A DNA stretch of 55,734 bases. It comes from Clostridiaceae bacterium. GTDB lineage: Bacteria > Bacillota > Clostridia > Clostridiales > Clostridiaceae. This document shows, one piece after another, positions 40,225-48,946 of this stretch. The notes under the pieces are model-generated. The model saw only the letters and a program-made list of their open reading frames with translations, had not been told where the DNA came from and made no database searches. The position numbers and the translations under genes were made by a program. Location: positions 1 through 55,734 of the forward strand of contig JBGUER010000002.1 in the NCBI GenBank assembly GCA_041821285.1. Direction: 5' to 3'. How positions within the stretch are numbered: the stretch's first letter is position 1; each line of letters begins with the position of its first letter.

Positions 40225-41781
40225 ATGAGTATACTTACAGTTAAAAATTTAAGCCATGGTTTTGGTGGTAGAGCTATATTTGAAAATGTATCTTTTAGAT
40301 TATTAAAAGGTGATCATATAGGGCTTATTGGAGCAAATGGTGAAGGTAAATCTACCTTTATGAATATAATAACAAATAAATTAGAACCAGATGAAGGAAC
40401 TGTTGAATGGTCTAAAAGAGTTAGAGTTGGGTATTTAGACCAACATTCAGTTCTTGAAAAAGGAATGACTATAAAGGATGCCTTAAAAACTGCGTATCAA
40501 TATTTATTTGATTTAGAACAAGAAAATAATGAAATATGTAATAAAATGGCGGAAGCTTCAGAAAAAGAATTAGAAAAACTATTAGAAGATATGGGAACTA
40601 TTCAAGACATTTTAGATCATAATGATTTTTATGCAATAGACACAAAAATAGCTGAAATAGCTAATGGATTAGGATTGTCAGCTATAGGACTAGAAAAGTC
40701 TGTAGAGGATTTAAGTGGAGGACAAAGGACAAAGGTCCTTCTAGCTAAATTGCTTCTTGAAAAGCCAGATATCCTTCTTTTAGATGAGCCTACTAATTAT
40801 TTAGATGAAAATCATATAGAATGGCTTAAAAGATATCTTTTAAATTATGAAAATGCATTTATTTTAATATCGCATGATATTCCATTTTTAAATTCTGTAA
40901 TAAATTTGATATATCATATGGAAAATAAAGAGCTAAATAGATATACCGGTGATTATGATGAATTTATAAAAGTTCATGAAGCTAAGAAAATGCAATTAGA
41001 AGCAGCTTATAAAAAACAGCAACAAGAAATAGCTCAACTTGAGGATTTTGTAAATAGGAATAAGGCTAGGGTTTCTACAAGGAATATGGCCATGTCAAGA
41101 CAAAAGAAACTTGATAAAATGGAAGTGATAGAACTTTCAAAGGATAAACCAAAGCCTATATTTAATTTTAAATATGGAAGAACTTCTGATAAATTGATAT
41201 TTGAAACTAAAGATTTAATAATAGGGTATGAAACAGCTTTATCTAAACCATTAGATTTAAAAATGGAAAGAGGTCAAAAGATAGCTTTAATAGGAGCTAA
41301 TGGACTTGGTAAAACTACGCTTTTAAGAAGTCTTTTAGGAGAAATACCATCTATATCTGGAGAAGTTGAACTTGGAGATTATTTGGAAATAGGATACTTT
41401 CAGCAGGAGATAAAAGAAGCTAATTATAATAATTGTATAGAAGAAATGTGGAAAGAGTTTCCTTCACTTACTCAGTATGAGGTTCGAGCAGCACTTGCTA
41501 GATGTGGACTTACTACAGAACATATTGAAAGTAAAATGATGGTATTAAGCGGTGGAGAACAAGCAAAGGTAAGGCTTTGTAAATTATTGAATCGAGAAAG
41601 CAACATACTCATTTTAGATGAGCCTACTAACCATCTAGATGTAGAAGCCAAAGAAGAATTAAAAAGAGCGCTTAAAGAATATAAAGGAAGTATACTTTTG
41701 ATATGTCATGAAAAAGAATTTTATGAAGACTTAGTTTCTGATGTTTGGAATTTAGAAGCATGGACAACCAAAATTGTATAG
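40225..41781 (+). CDS. ABC-F family ATPase (two tandem ABC domains, no TM domain). Similar in length and architecture to housekeeping ABC-F translation factors
   Basis: 518 aa. It has Walker A GANGEGKST and GANGLGKTT, signature LSGGQ and LSGGE, an arm insertion in NBD1, and an ~85-aa charged linker (KKMQLEAAYKKQQQEIAQLEDF...). Confidence 0.8.
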   Translation: MSILTVKNLSHGFGGRAIFENVSFRLLKGDHIGLIGANGEGKSTFMNIITNKLEPDEGTVEWSKRVRVGYLDQHSVLEKGMTIKDALKTAYQYLFDLEQENNEICNKMAEASEKELEKLLEDMGTIQDILDHNDFYAIDTKIAEIANGLGLSAIGLEKSVEDLSGGQRTKVLLAKLLLEKPDILLLDEPTNYLDENHIEWLKRYLLNYENAFILISHDIPFLNSVINLIYHMENKELNRYTGDYDEFIKVHEAKKMQLEAAYKKQQQEIAQLEDFVNRNKARVSTRNMAMSRQKKLDKMEVIELSKDKPKPIFNFKYGRTSDKLIFETKDLIIGYETALSKPLDLKMERGQKIALIGANGLGKTTLLRSLLGEIPSISGEVELGDYLEIGYFQQEIKEANYNNCIEEMWKEFPSLTQYEVRAALARCGLTTEHIESKMMVLSGGEQAKVRLCKLLNRESNILILDEPTNHLDVEAKEELKRALKEYKGSILLICHEKEFYEDLVSDVWNLEAWTTKIV

Positions 41782-41837
41782 ATTAATCTATATTTTTCTA
41801 TTTATGTATGTTATACTTGAAAAGTAAAAATAATATT

Positions 41838-41930
41838 TACACAGGGGAGCTGGTGTACCAGCTGAGAGTAAGAATGTGGATTCTTAGACCCTTAACCTGA
41901 TCTGGATAATGCCAGCGTAGGTAGTTGTTT
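41838..41930 (+). ncRNA. TPP (thiamine pyrophosphate) riboswitch (THI-box)
   Basis: Contains ggggagc...ctgagag...gacccttaacctgatctggataatgccagcgtagg. This is a near-consensus THI element with the CUGAGA and ACCUGAUCUGGAUAAUGCCAGCGUAGG cores. Confidence 0.85.
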
Positions 41931-41946
41931 AAGGTGATTTATATTA

Positions 41947-41977
41947 GACACAAATCTACGGGTTTGTGTCTTTTTTG
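41947..41977 (+). terminator. Riboswitch-controlled attenuator terminator
   Basis: agacacaaa / tttgtgtct stem followed by tttttt, between the aptamer and thiW. Confidence 0.75.
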
Positions 41978-42021
41978 TCTAAAAATCCACGATTTATAAC
42001 CCTAAAAGAGAGGAGAATAAA

Positions 42022-42522
42022 ATGAAAACTAAGAAATTAACTTATTCATCACTTCTTGTAGCGCTAGGTGTGTTAACTGGCAGTATAATTTATATTCCTG
42101 TAGGTGTTTCTAAATGTTTCCCAATCCAACATTTAATAAATGTAATAGCTGCTGTTATTTTAGGACCGGTTTATGGTGTTATGATTGCATTTTGCATATC
42201 GCTACTTAGAAATATTTTAGGGACAGGTTCTATATTAGCATTTCCAGGGAGCATGATAGGCGCACTACTTGCAGGAGTTTTATACAAATATACTAAAAAA
42301 AATATAATGGCTGTGGTAGGTGAAATTATAGGAACTGGTATATTAGGTGCACTTGTAGCTTATCCTATAGCTACTTATCTTATGGGGAAAGAAGCTTCAT
42401 TATTTTTTATGATTATTCCTTTTAGTTTAAGTACAATAGGTGGAAGTATTATAGCATATGTGATACTTAGCATATTATATAGACTAAATATATTAAATAG
42501 AAACAACAAGGAGGGGAGATAA
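42022..42522 (+). CDS. thiW: ThiW-type ECF S-component (hydroxyethylthiazole transporter)
   Basis: 166-aa small membrane protein with 5 TM helices. It is the first gene after the TPP riboswitch. The composition is typical of ThiW. Confidence 0.65.
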   Translation: MKTKKLTYSSLLVALGVLTGSIIYIPVGVSKCFPIQHLINVIAAVILGPVYGVMIAFCISLLRNILGTGSILAFPGSMIGALLAGVLYKYTKKNIMAVVGEIIGTGILGALVAYPIATYLMGKEASLFFMIIPFSLSTIGGSIIAYVILSILYRLNILNRNNKEGR

Positions 42523-43347
42523 ATGAAAAACGTTCTTACAATAGCAGGTTCTGATTCTTGTGGAGGAGCAGGTATTCAGGCAGATTTAAAAACTTTTGGT
42601 GCTCATGGTGTATATGGAATGAGTGTTATTACATCAGTAACTGCTCAAAATACTTTAGGGGTTTTTGATGCCCAAGATATCAGGGCTGATATAATAGGAA
42701 AACAAATAGATGCTATATTTCAAGATATAAAAGTGGATGCAGTTAAAATTGGTATGGTTTCAAACATAGAATCAATAAATATTATAAATGAAAAAATGAA
42801 ACTTTATAAACCAGCTAATTTGGTTATTGATCCAGTTATGATTTCTAAAAGTGGATTTTCCCTTTTAAAGGAAGAGTCTAAGGCGATTTTAATAAAAAAA
42901 CTTATTCCCCTTGCAGATGTTTTAACCCCTAATATTCCAGAGGCGGAAGCTATTATTGAGGAAGCATATAAGGAAAAAATAGAAATTAAAAATTTAGAAG
43001 ATATGATATATGCAGCTAAAAGGATAAAGGAATTAGGAGCAAAATCTGTTTTGGTAAAAGGTGGACATTTAAAAGATAGGGCAGTAGATGTCTTTTATAA
43101 TGGAGAAGAAGTTGAATGTTATGAAAAACAAAGGGTAAAAACAAAAAATACACATGGAACAGGATGCACTTTATCCTCATCTATAGCTTCAAATTTAGCT
43201 TTAGATAATAATAAGCCTGATAGTATAAGATTGGCTAAAGAATATGTAACAGAAGCTATAGAATACTCTTTGAATATAGGACATGGAGTAGGACCTACAA
43301 ATCATTTCTATAGATTATATAAAAGGGCGGGTTTAAATTATGAATAA
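42523..43347 (+). CDS. thiD: Hydroxymethylpyrimidine/phosphomethylpyrimidine kinase ThiD
   Basis: 274 aa. The N-terminus is LTIAGSDSCGGAGIQADLKTFGAHGVYGMSVITSVTAQNT. It is in the ribokinase-like PfkB family. Confidence 0.85.
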   Translation: MKNVLTIAGSDSCGGAGIQADLKTFGAHGVYGMSVITSVTAQNTLGVFDAQDIRADIIGKQIDAIFQDIKVDAVKIGMVSNIESINIINEKMKLYKPANLVIDPVMISKSGFSLLKEESKAILIKKLIPLADVLTPNIPEAEAIIEEAYKEKIEIKNLEDMIYAAKRIKELGAKSVLVKGGHLKDRAVDVFYNGEEVECYEKQRVKTKNTHGTGCTLSSSIASNLALDNNKPDSIRLAKEYVTEAIEYSLNIGHGVGPTNHFYRLYKRAGLNYE

Positions 43348-44548
43348 TGAAAACAAATTAAGTTTCTTCAATCTTAGTTTTTTATGGTTTGGTGCAGCTA
43401 TATCTATAGCAGAAATTATAACTGGAGGTTTTATTTCTCCACTTGGAATGAAAATAGGGATAATAGCTATTTTATTAGGACATTTTATTGGAACCTATAT
43501 CTTATCTTTAGGTGGAGTCATAGGTTTTAGAGAAAAAATACCAGCTATTACTTCTACAAGGATGAGTTTTGGTTTATATGGAACATATTTTTTCTCTGTT
43601 TTAAATATACTTCAATTATTAGGTTGGACTGCCATAATGATAAGGGCAGCTTCATCATCTTTAAATGCAATAAGTACTTCACTTTGGAAGATAAATAATA
43701 CTACATTATGGTGTGTTGTAGTAGGTATACTTATTTGTATATGGTTATCCTATGGATTTAAAGGATTCAAAAGAATAAATCAATTAGCAGTAGTATTATT
43801 GTTTTTCCTAACTTTGATATTGGCGTATATAATATTTAAGAATCCTGATATTTTAAGTTTAAGAGGGGAAGGAACAATGTCTTTTGGTAGTGCTTTAGAA
43901 TTATCTGTAGTTATGCCATTATCTTGGCTTCCGCTAATATCTGATTATACAAGATTTTCAAAGGGAGAGAAAGAAGGATTTTATGGTAGCTTTTTAGGAT
44001 ATTTTATAGGAAGTTCTTGGATGTTTATAATTGGACTTGGAGCAGCTTTAATATCACAAAATACAGACCCAACTTATATGATGCTAGCTTATAATCTTGG
44101 AATATTTGCATTTTTTATAGTTTTATTATCTACTATAACAACTACATTTTTGGATGCATATTCTGCAGCAGTTAGTTTTTTAAACATAAGACCAAAGGGA
44201 AAAGAAAAAAATATAGCTATTATAATAACTATTATAGGTACTATTATTTCTATTATATTTCCTTTGGAAAATTACGAATACTTTTTATACGCTATAGGGT
44301 CTTTATTTTCACCATTATTTGCTATAGTTATATTAGATTATTTTGTACTTAAAACTACTGAAATAAAAAAAGATTTAATAGTAAATATAGATGCTGTAAT
44401 AGTGTGGATAATGGGGATAATAATCTATTATATGTTCATCAAATTAGATTTAATTTTTGGAGCTACATTCCCAAGTATGATAATAACAGGAATTATATAT
44501 TATTTGGTTAGGAGGTATAAAAAAAGTTGGATTATTATGAAGAACTAA
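43340..44548 (+). CDS. cytX: NCS1-family permease (CytX-like putative hydroxymethylpyrimidine transporter)
   Basis: 402 aa with 12 TM helices. It is located inside the thi operon under THI-box control, the typical genomic context of cytX. Confidence 0.55.
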   Translation: MNNENKLSFFNLSFLWFGAAISIAEIITGGFISPLGMKIGIIAILLGHFIGTYILSLGGVIGFREKIPAITSTRMSFGLYGTYFFSVLNILQLLGWTAIMIRAASSSLNAISTSLWKINNTTLWCVVVGILICIWLSYGFKGFKRINQLAVVLLFFLTLILAYIIFKNPDILSLRGEGTMSFGSALELSVVMPLSWLPLISDYTRFSKGEKEGFYGSFLGYFIGSSWMFIIGLGAALISQNTDPTYMMLAYNLGIFAFFIVLLSTITTTFLDAYSAAVSFLNIRPKGKEKNIAIIITIIGTIISIIFPLENYEYFLYAIGSLFSPLFAIVILDYFVLKTTEIKKDLIVNIDAVIVWIMGIIIYYMFIKLDLIFGATFPSMIITGIIYYLVRRYKKSWIIMKN

Positions 44549-45339
44549 ACTCTATTATTAATAGAGTTAAAGTCGAAAACCCATTAGTGCATCATATAAC
44601 TAATTATGTAACAGCAAATGATTGTGCGAATGCTGTTTTAGCTATTGGTGGATCACCTATTATGGCGGATTCTAAAGAAGAAGTTTGCGAAATAGTGGAC
44701 ATAGCATCATCTTTAGTTATTAATACAGGTACATTAAATGAAATAAGCTTAGAGTCTATGATAATAGCTGGTAAGTATGCTAATAAAATAGGTGTACCAA
44801 TAGTTTTAGACCCTGTGGGAGTTAATGCTACTTTATTTAGGCAACGAAGTGTGGTTCGATTAATGAATGAAATAGATTTTGCTGTGGTTCGTGGAAATCT
44901 TTCGGAAATTAAAACTATTTTAAATATGGAAACTTCATCTAAAGGCGTAGATTCTTTAGACAAAGAGATAGATCAAGAATTTGTAGCTAGAAATTTTGTA
45001 GATAAATATAAAAATATAGTTTGTATTTCTGGAAAGCTCGATTATATAGGATGTAAAAATGGGATTATGGTAATAGATAATGGAACAAACTTATTGAAAA
45101 AGGTAACAGGTACAGGTTGCATGACAACTTCTTTAATCGCCTGCTATTTGAGTTTAGCAAAAGATTATAAATATGCTGTCCTATTAGGAAGTTTGTCCAT
45201 GGATTTAGCAGGAGAAATAGCGCAAGAGAGACTTAAAGATGATGATGGAATAGGAACATTTAAAAAAAATATATTTGATGCTATATACAATTTTAAAATA
45301 GATGATATTAAAAAAAGGGGCAAGATATATGAAAGATAA
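44527..45339 (+). CDS. thiM: Hydroxyethylthiazole kinase ThiM
   Basis: 270 aa with the conserved ThiM N-terminus (NPLVHHITNYVTANDCANAVLAIGGSPIMA). Confidence 0.8.
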   Translation: MDYYEELNSIINRVKVENPLVHHITNYVTANDCANAVLAIGGSPIMADSKEEVCEIVDIASSLVINTGTLNEISLESMIIAGKYANKIGVPIVLDPVGVNATLFRQRSVVRLMNEIDFAVVRGNLSEIKTILNMETSSKGVDSLDKEIDQEFVARNFVDKYKNIVCISGKLDYIGCKNGIMVIDNGTNLLKKVTGTGCMTTSLIACYLSLAKDYKYAVLLGSLSMDLAGEIAQERLKDDDGIGTFKKNIFDAIYNFKIDDIKKRGKIYER

Positions 45340-45949
45340 AATAGATTATTCTTTATATTTAGTTACAGATAAAAAGATTTTAAAAGGTGGAGATTTTTTA
45401 GAATCTATTAAGCAGGCAATTTTAGGGGGAGTAACTATTATTCAATTAAGAGAGAAAGATTTATATTCCCTTGATTTTTATAAACAATCAAAAGAGCTAA
45501 AAGAATTAGCAGATAAGTACAGTGTACCCCTTATAATAAATGATAGACTAGATATAGCTATGCTTTGTGATGCCTCAGGTGTCCACTTAGGACAAAAGGA
45601 TATTCCTTGCAAAGAAGCTCGAAAGATATTTGGAAAAGATAAAATTATCGGAGTGTCTTGTGCTAATTTACTTGAAGCTATAAAGGCAGAGAAAGATGGA
45701 GCAGATTATATTGGAGTTGGAGCTATGTTTCTAACAAACACAAAAGGAGATACCCGCCCTGTTAGTATAGAGACACTAAAAATTATAAAAAACAGCGTTA
45801 AAATACCTGTGGTAGCAATAGGAGGGATAAATGAAGATAATATTAATAAAATTGTAACTACAAGAGTTGATGGAGTAGCTGTAGTGTCAGCTATTTTGGG
45901 AAAGGAAGATATAAAACAAGCAGCTCAAAGATTTAGTAGTATAATATAA
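45329..45949 (+). CDS. thiE: Thiamine-phosphate synthase ThiE
   Basis: About 206 aa with ThiE motifs (YLVTD, IIQLREKDL, GVHLGQKD, IGVS, GGI). The start is at 45329 (MKDKIDY) after RBS aaagggg. The track ORF from 45302 is too long. Confidence 0.85.
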   Translation: MKDKIDYSLYLVTDKKILKGGDFLESIKQAILGGVTIIQLREKDLYSLDFYKQSKELKELADKYSVPLIINDRLDIAMLCDASGVHLGQKDIPCKEARKIFGKDKIIGVSCANLLEAIKAEKDGADYIGVGAMFLTNTKGDTRPVSIETLKIIKNSVKIPVVAIGGINEDNINKIVTTRVDGVAVVSAILGKEDIKQAAQRFSSII

Positions 45950-45983
45950 AAATATATTATATAATTGAACATGAGGTGATTTT

Positions 45984-46529
45984 ATGTACGACCTATATAT
46001 TGTGACAACACAAACAGGGTCTTTACTTTCAAGGACAATAAAATTTTATACTAGAGCTCCTTATAATCATGTATCTATAGGCTTTGATGAAAAATTAGAA
46101 TCTATATATAGTTTTGGGAGGAGAACCCCGAGAAATCCTATGAATGGTGGATTTGTTAAGGAAGCTAAAAATGAAGGTGTATATAAAATTTTTAAGCAGA
46201 CTACTTGTAGAGTTTATAAAATAGAAATAAGTGATTTAGAATATAAAGAAATAAAAAAAGAAATAAATAAATTTTGTAAGCACAAGGATAAATATAAATA
46301 CAATTTTTTAGGATTGGTTGCTATAAAATTTGGAATAAAACTTAAAAGAGAGAATAAATTCTATTGTACTGAATTTGTAGGAACAGTTCTTTCAGATTCT
46401 AAGGTTGTGAATTTTGATAAGGAAGCTGCTCTATTAACACCTTATGATTTTTATAAAATAGAAAGGGCCAAGCTTGTTTATGAAGGTAAATTTTCAGATT
46501 ATTTACCATTAAATCTAGTTACTATATAA
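45984..46529 (+). CDS. YiiX/YaeF-like permuted papain-fold protein (DUF830, C92 family)
   Basis: 181 aa. His is in YNHVSIGF and Cys is in FYCTEFV. This order is consistent with the permuted NlpC/P60 arrangement. Confidence 0.4.
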   Translation: MYDLYIVTTQTGSLLSRTIKFYTRAPYNHVSIGFDEKLESIYSFGRRTPRNPMNGGFVKEAKNEGVYKIFKQTTCRVYKIEISDLEYKEIKKEINKFCKHKDKYKYNFLGLVAIKFGIKLKRENKFYCTEFVGTVLSDSKVVNFDKEAALLTPYDFYKIERAKLVYEGKFSDYLPLNLVTI

Positions 46530-46567
46530 ATAAAGGATATAAAAAAAATAAAAAATAGGTGGATATT

Positions 46568-46990
46568 ATGGAGATTAAAAGAGCTTCTAATAATAGCATA
46601 AAGGTGAATGGTAAAAAGAAAGTTTCAACTAAAAGTGAATTTTCTGAAAATTTTAATTCGCAAAGAGATAAAAGCTTTGAAGATCAGATGAATGAGGCTT
46701 TTCAAGGAATAAAGAAAAAGGGAAAAGTATTGTCTTCCACTAAAAGCATGATAGATGTTAGTGAATATAAAAACATGGTAAAAGAATATTTAAAGCATGT
46801 GCTTAACTATATGTATAATGTGAAAAAAAACACTTCGTTTTGGCAGTCTCAATATTATGTTACAGTAGAAGTGGTAGATAGCAAATTAGAAGAGCTTACT
46901 AAAAGTCTTTTGGAACATGAAAAAGGGAATATTAATATAGCTAATAAAGTAGACGAAATAGCTGGACTATTAATAGATATATATAAATAA
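46568..46990 (+). CDS. YaaR-like (DUF327) small cytoplasmic protein
   Basis: About 140-aa helical, charged protein. RBS taggtgg is 5 nt upstream of the ATG at 46568. The track GTG start at 46559 is less likely. Confidence 0.45.
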   Translation: MEIKRASNNSIKVNGKKKVSTKSEFSENFNSQRDKSFEDQMNEAFQGIKKKGKVLSSTKSMIDVSEYKNMVKEYLKHVLNYMYNVKKNTSFWQSQYYVTVEVVDSKLEELTKSLLEHEKGNINIANKVDEIAGLLIDIYK

Positions 46991-46999
46991 AAAAATATT

Positions 47000-47028
47000 T
47001 GACAAAGTGAAAATGATATGTTATTATG
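47000..47028 (+). promoter_or_regulatory. Consensus sigma-A promoter for the cold-shock gene (-35 ttgaca, 17-nt spacer, -10 tattat), giving an ~45-nt 5' UTR
   Basis: Hexamers and spacing read from the sequence. Confidence 0.55.
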
Positions 47029-47076
47029 TGTCAGATAGGAAAATATTTTATCAATATAAGTTTTTGGAGGTTTTTT

Positions 47077-47277
47077 ATGAAAACAGGTACAGTTAAATGG
47101 TTTAACAGCCAAAAGGGTTTTGGATTTTTATCAGTAGAGGGTGAAGATGACGTTTTCGTTCATTTTTCAGCTGTTTCAGGAGACGGATTCAAATCATTAG
47201 AAGAAGGACAAAAAGTTCAGTTCGAAGTAACTGAAGGAGCAAAAGGACCACAAGCTTCTAACGTGGTTGTATTATAA
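47077..47277 (+). CDS. csp: Cold-shock protein (CspA family)
   Basis: 66 aa: [33 protein letters not shown]..., with RNP1 and RNP2 motifs. RBS ggagg is present. The longer track ORF from 47026 is rejected. Confidence 0.9.
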   Translation: MKTGTVKWFNSQKGFGFLSVEGEDDVFVHFSAVSGDGFKSLEEGQKVQFEVTEGAKGPQASNVVVL

Positions 47278-47324
47278 TTCATAAATATCAGATAATCTGA
47301 TTATATATGGACAATCATTAAAAC

Positions 47325-47355
47325 AAACTGTTGACTATGTCAACAGTTTTTTTTA
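47325..47355 (+). terminator. Rho-independent terminator after csp
   Basis: aaactgttgac / tcaacagttt stem followed by tttttttt. Confidence 0.8.
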
Positions 47356-47392
47356 GTTAATTATATTAAAAAATTTTAATGGGGGAGTAAAA

Positions 47393-48166
47393 ATGAAAAG
47401 CAATAATATTTGTATAGTATTTTATAAGAAAAGAATTATAATAAAAAAACAATTGGGTAAATATATGCTTACTAGTTTTGATGAGATAATAAATTTAAAT
47501 ATTAAAGTAGATTCTAAAATAGATATTGGTGAATTAAATGGAAATAAATGTTTTGTTTTAGAGATATATGAAGACATAGATTTAAGTGAAGACTATATAT
47601 TTGTAGATTTAAAGACTTTAGGTTTATTTTTAGGGGAGGATATGTTTTATTTTATTGGAAGGGCATATCAATTACTAGAGTTTGAAAATCAATACAAATT
47701 TTGCACAAGATGTGGAACTGAATTAATAAATAGCCAAGAAGAAAGGGCAAAAATTTGTACAAAATGTGGATTAATTCATTATCCTAGAATATCACCAGCT
47801 ATTATAGTAGCTGTTACAAAACAAGATAAACTATTATTAGCTCACAATAATAATTTTGAAGAAGGATTATTTAGTCTTATAGCAGGCTATGTCGAAGTAG
47901 GCGAAACTCTTGAGGAATGTGTAAAAAGAGAAGTATATGAGGAAGTTGGAATAAAAATAAAGGATATAGAATATGTTACTAGCCAGCCGTGGCCTGTAGC
48001 AGGATCTTTAATGTTAGCTTTTCAAGCGAAATATCAGTCTGGAGATATAAAAGTAGATGGAGTTGAAATAGGCGAGGCAAATTGGTATTCTAAAGATAAA
48101 TTTCCTAAGCTCCCAGCAAAAATAAGTGTTGCAAGGAAACTTATAGATAAATTTATCGTTTCCTAA
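47393..48166 (+). CDS. nudC: NAD+ diphosphatase NudC (Nudix hydrolase with zinc ribbon)
   Basis: Zinc ribbon CTRCG...CTKCG, followed by Nudix box GYVEVGETLEECVKREVYEEVGI. Confidence 0.8.
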   Translation: MKSNNICIVFYKKRIIIKKQLGKYMLTSFDEIINLNIKVDSKIDIGELNGNKCFVLEIYEDIDLSEDYIFVDLKTLGLFLGEDMFYFIGRAYQLLEFENQYKFCTRCGTELINSQEERAKICTKCGLIHYPRISPAIIVAVTKQDKLLLAHNNNFEEGLFSLIAGYVEVGETLEECVKREVYEEVGIKIKDIEYVTSQPWPVAGSLMLAFQAKYQSGDIKVDGVEIGEANWYSKDKFPKLPAKISVARKLIDKFIVS

Positions 48167-48845
48167 AAATTTCTTTGGAATTTCTATAATATATATTTAG
48201 TTTTTTAAGATTAATAATCCATAAATATATTACAAAAGGGAAAAATATTAATAGCATAATATTTTGGTCTAGCATTAACAGAAAATCAAATATACCGTGT
48301 AATAATAAGGGTGCTGTCAATGACTTTCTATAAAAAACTTTGGCTAATTTAGGGTCAGTGCAAAATTTAGATAGAGATAGATAATATCCCATGGTTACTG
48401 CAAAAAGCATGTGTGCAGGCACAGATAACATGCCTCTTTGAATACCTATGTAAGGGCTTGAGGAAAATCTAAATACCACATATATTATATTTTCTGCGGT
48501 AGCAAATCCAAGTGACGCAAAAACAGCATAGATTATTCCATCTAGTTTTTCATTAAAAGCTTTATTATAAAAAGCGAGTTTTATTACTACTCTTCTTTTT
48601 ACATATTCTTCTGTTAATCCAGCTATAATAAATGCTGTAAAAGCAATTCTGAAAACTCCAGAAAAAGGGTTTATAAATGACAAAATATATTCTATTATAG
48701 CAGCTAGAACAACTGAAAGTGATCCAAATACGAAGGTTTTAAATAATAAAACAATAGGTTCTCGGTCAAATCTATCTGTTAAATAGAAAGAAAGTGCTAG
48801 TGCTATTCCAGGGAAAATAGCTATAACTAATAATCTTAAATACAT
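48153..48845 (-). CDS. PrsW-family intramembrane metalloprotease
   Basis: 230-aa polytopic membrane protein with EExxK (LTEEYVK), FxxxE (FATAEN) and His motifs (HMLFAV, HGIFD). Confidence 0.75.
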   Translation of the reverse strand: MYLRLLVIAIFPGIALALSFYLTDRFDREPIVLLFKTFVFGSLSVVLAAIIEYILSFINPFSGVFRIAFTAFIIAGLTEEYVKRRVVIKLAFYNKAFNEKLDGIIYAVFASLGFATAENIIYVVFRFSSSPYIGIQRGMLSVPAHMLFAVTMGYYLSLSKFCTDPKLAKVFYRKSLTAPLLLHGIFDFLLMLDQNIMLLIFFPFVIYLWIINLKKLNIYYRNSKEIFRKR

Positions 48846-48946
48846 ATTTGTTTTCTCCTTTGTTCTTTATAATGGTATAATTATATGCTATATTTGGATA
48901 AATTTAAATAGAAAGAGCGTTTAACTCTTCCTATTTTGCGCTATAA

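Noticed and set aside
47026-47076. 17-codon N-terminal extension of the cold-shock protein ORF
   Set aside because: Csp proteins start at [10 protein letters not shown]. ggagg lies immediately upstream of that Met, and the extension overlaps the mapped -10 region and 5' UTR.
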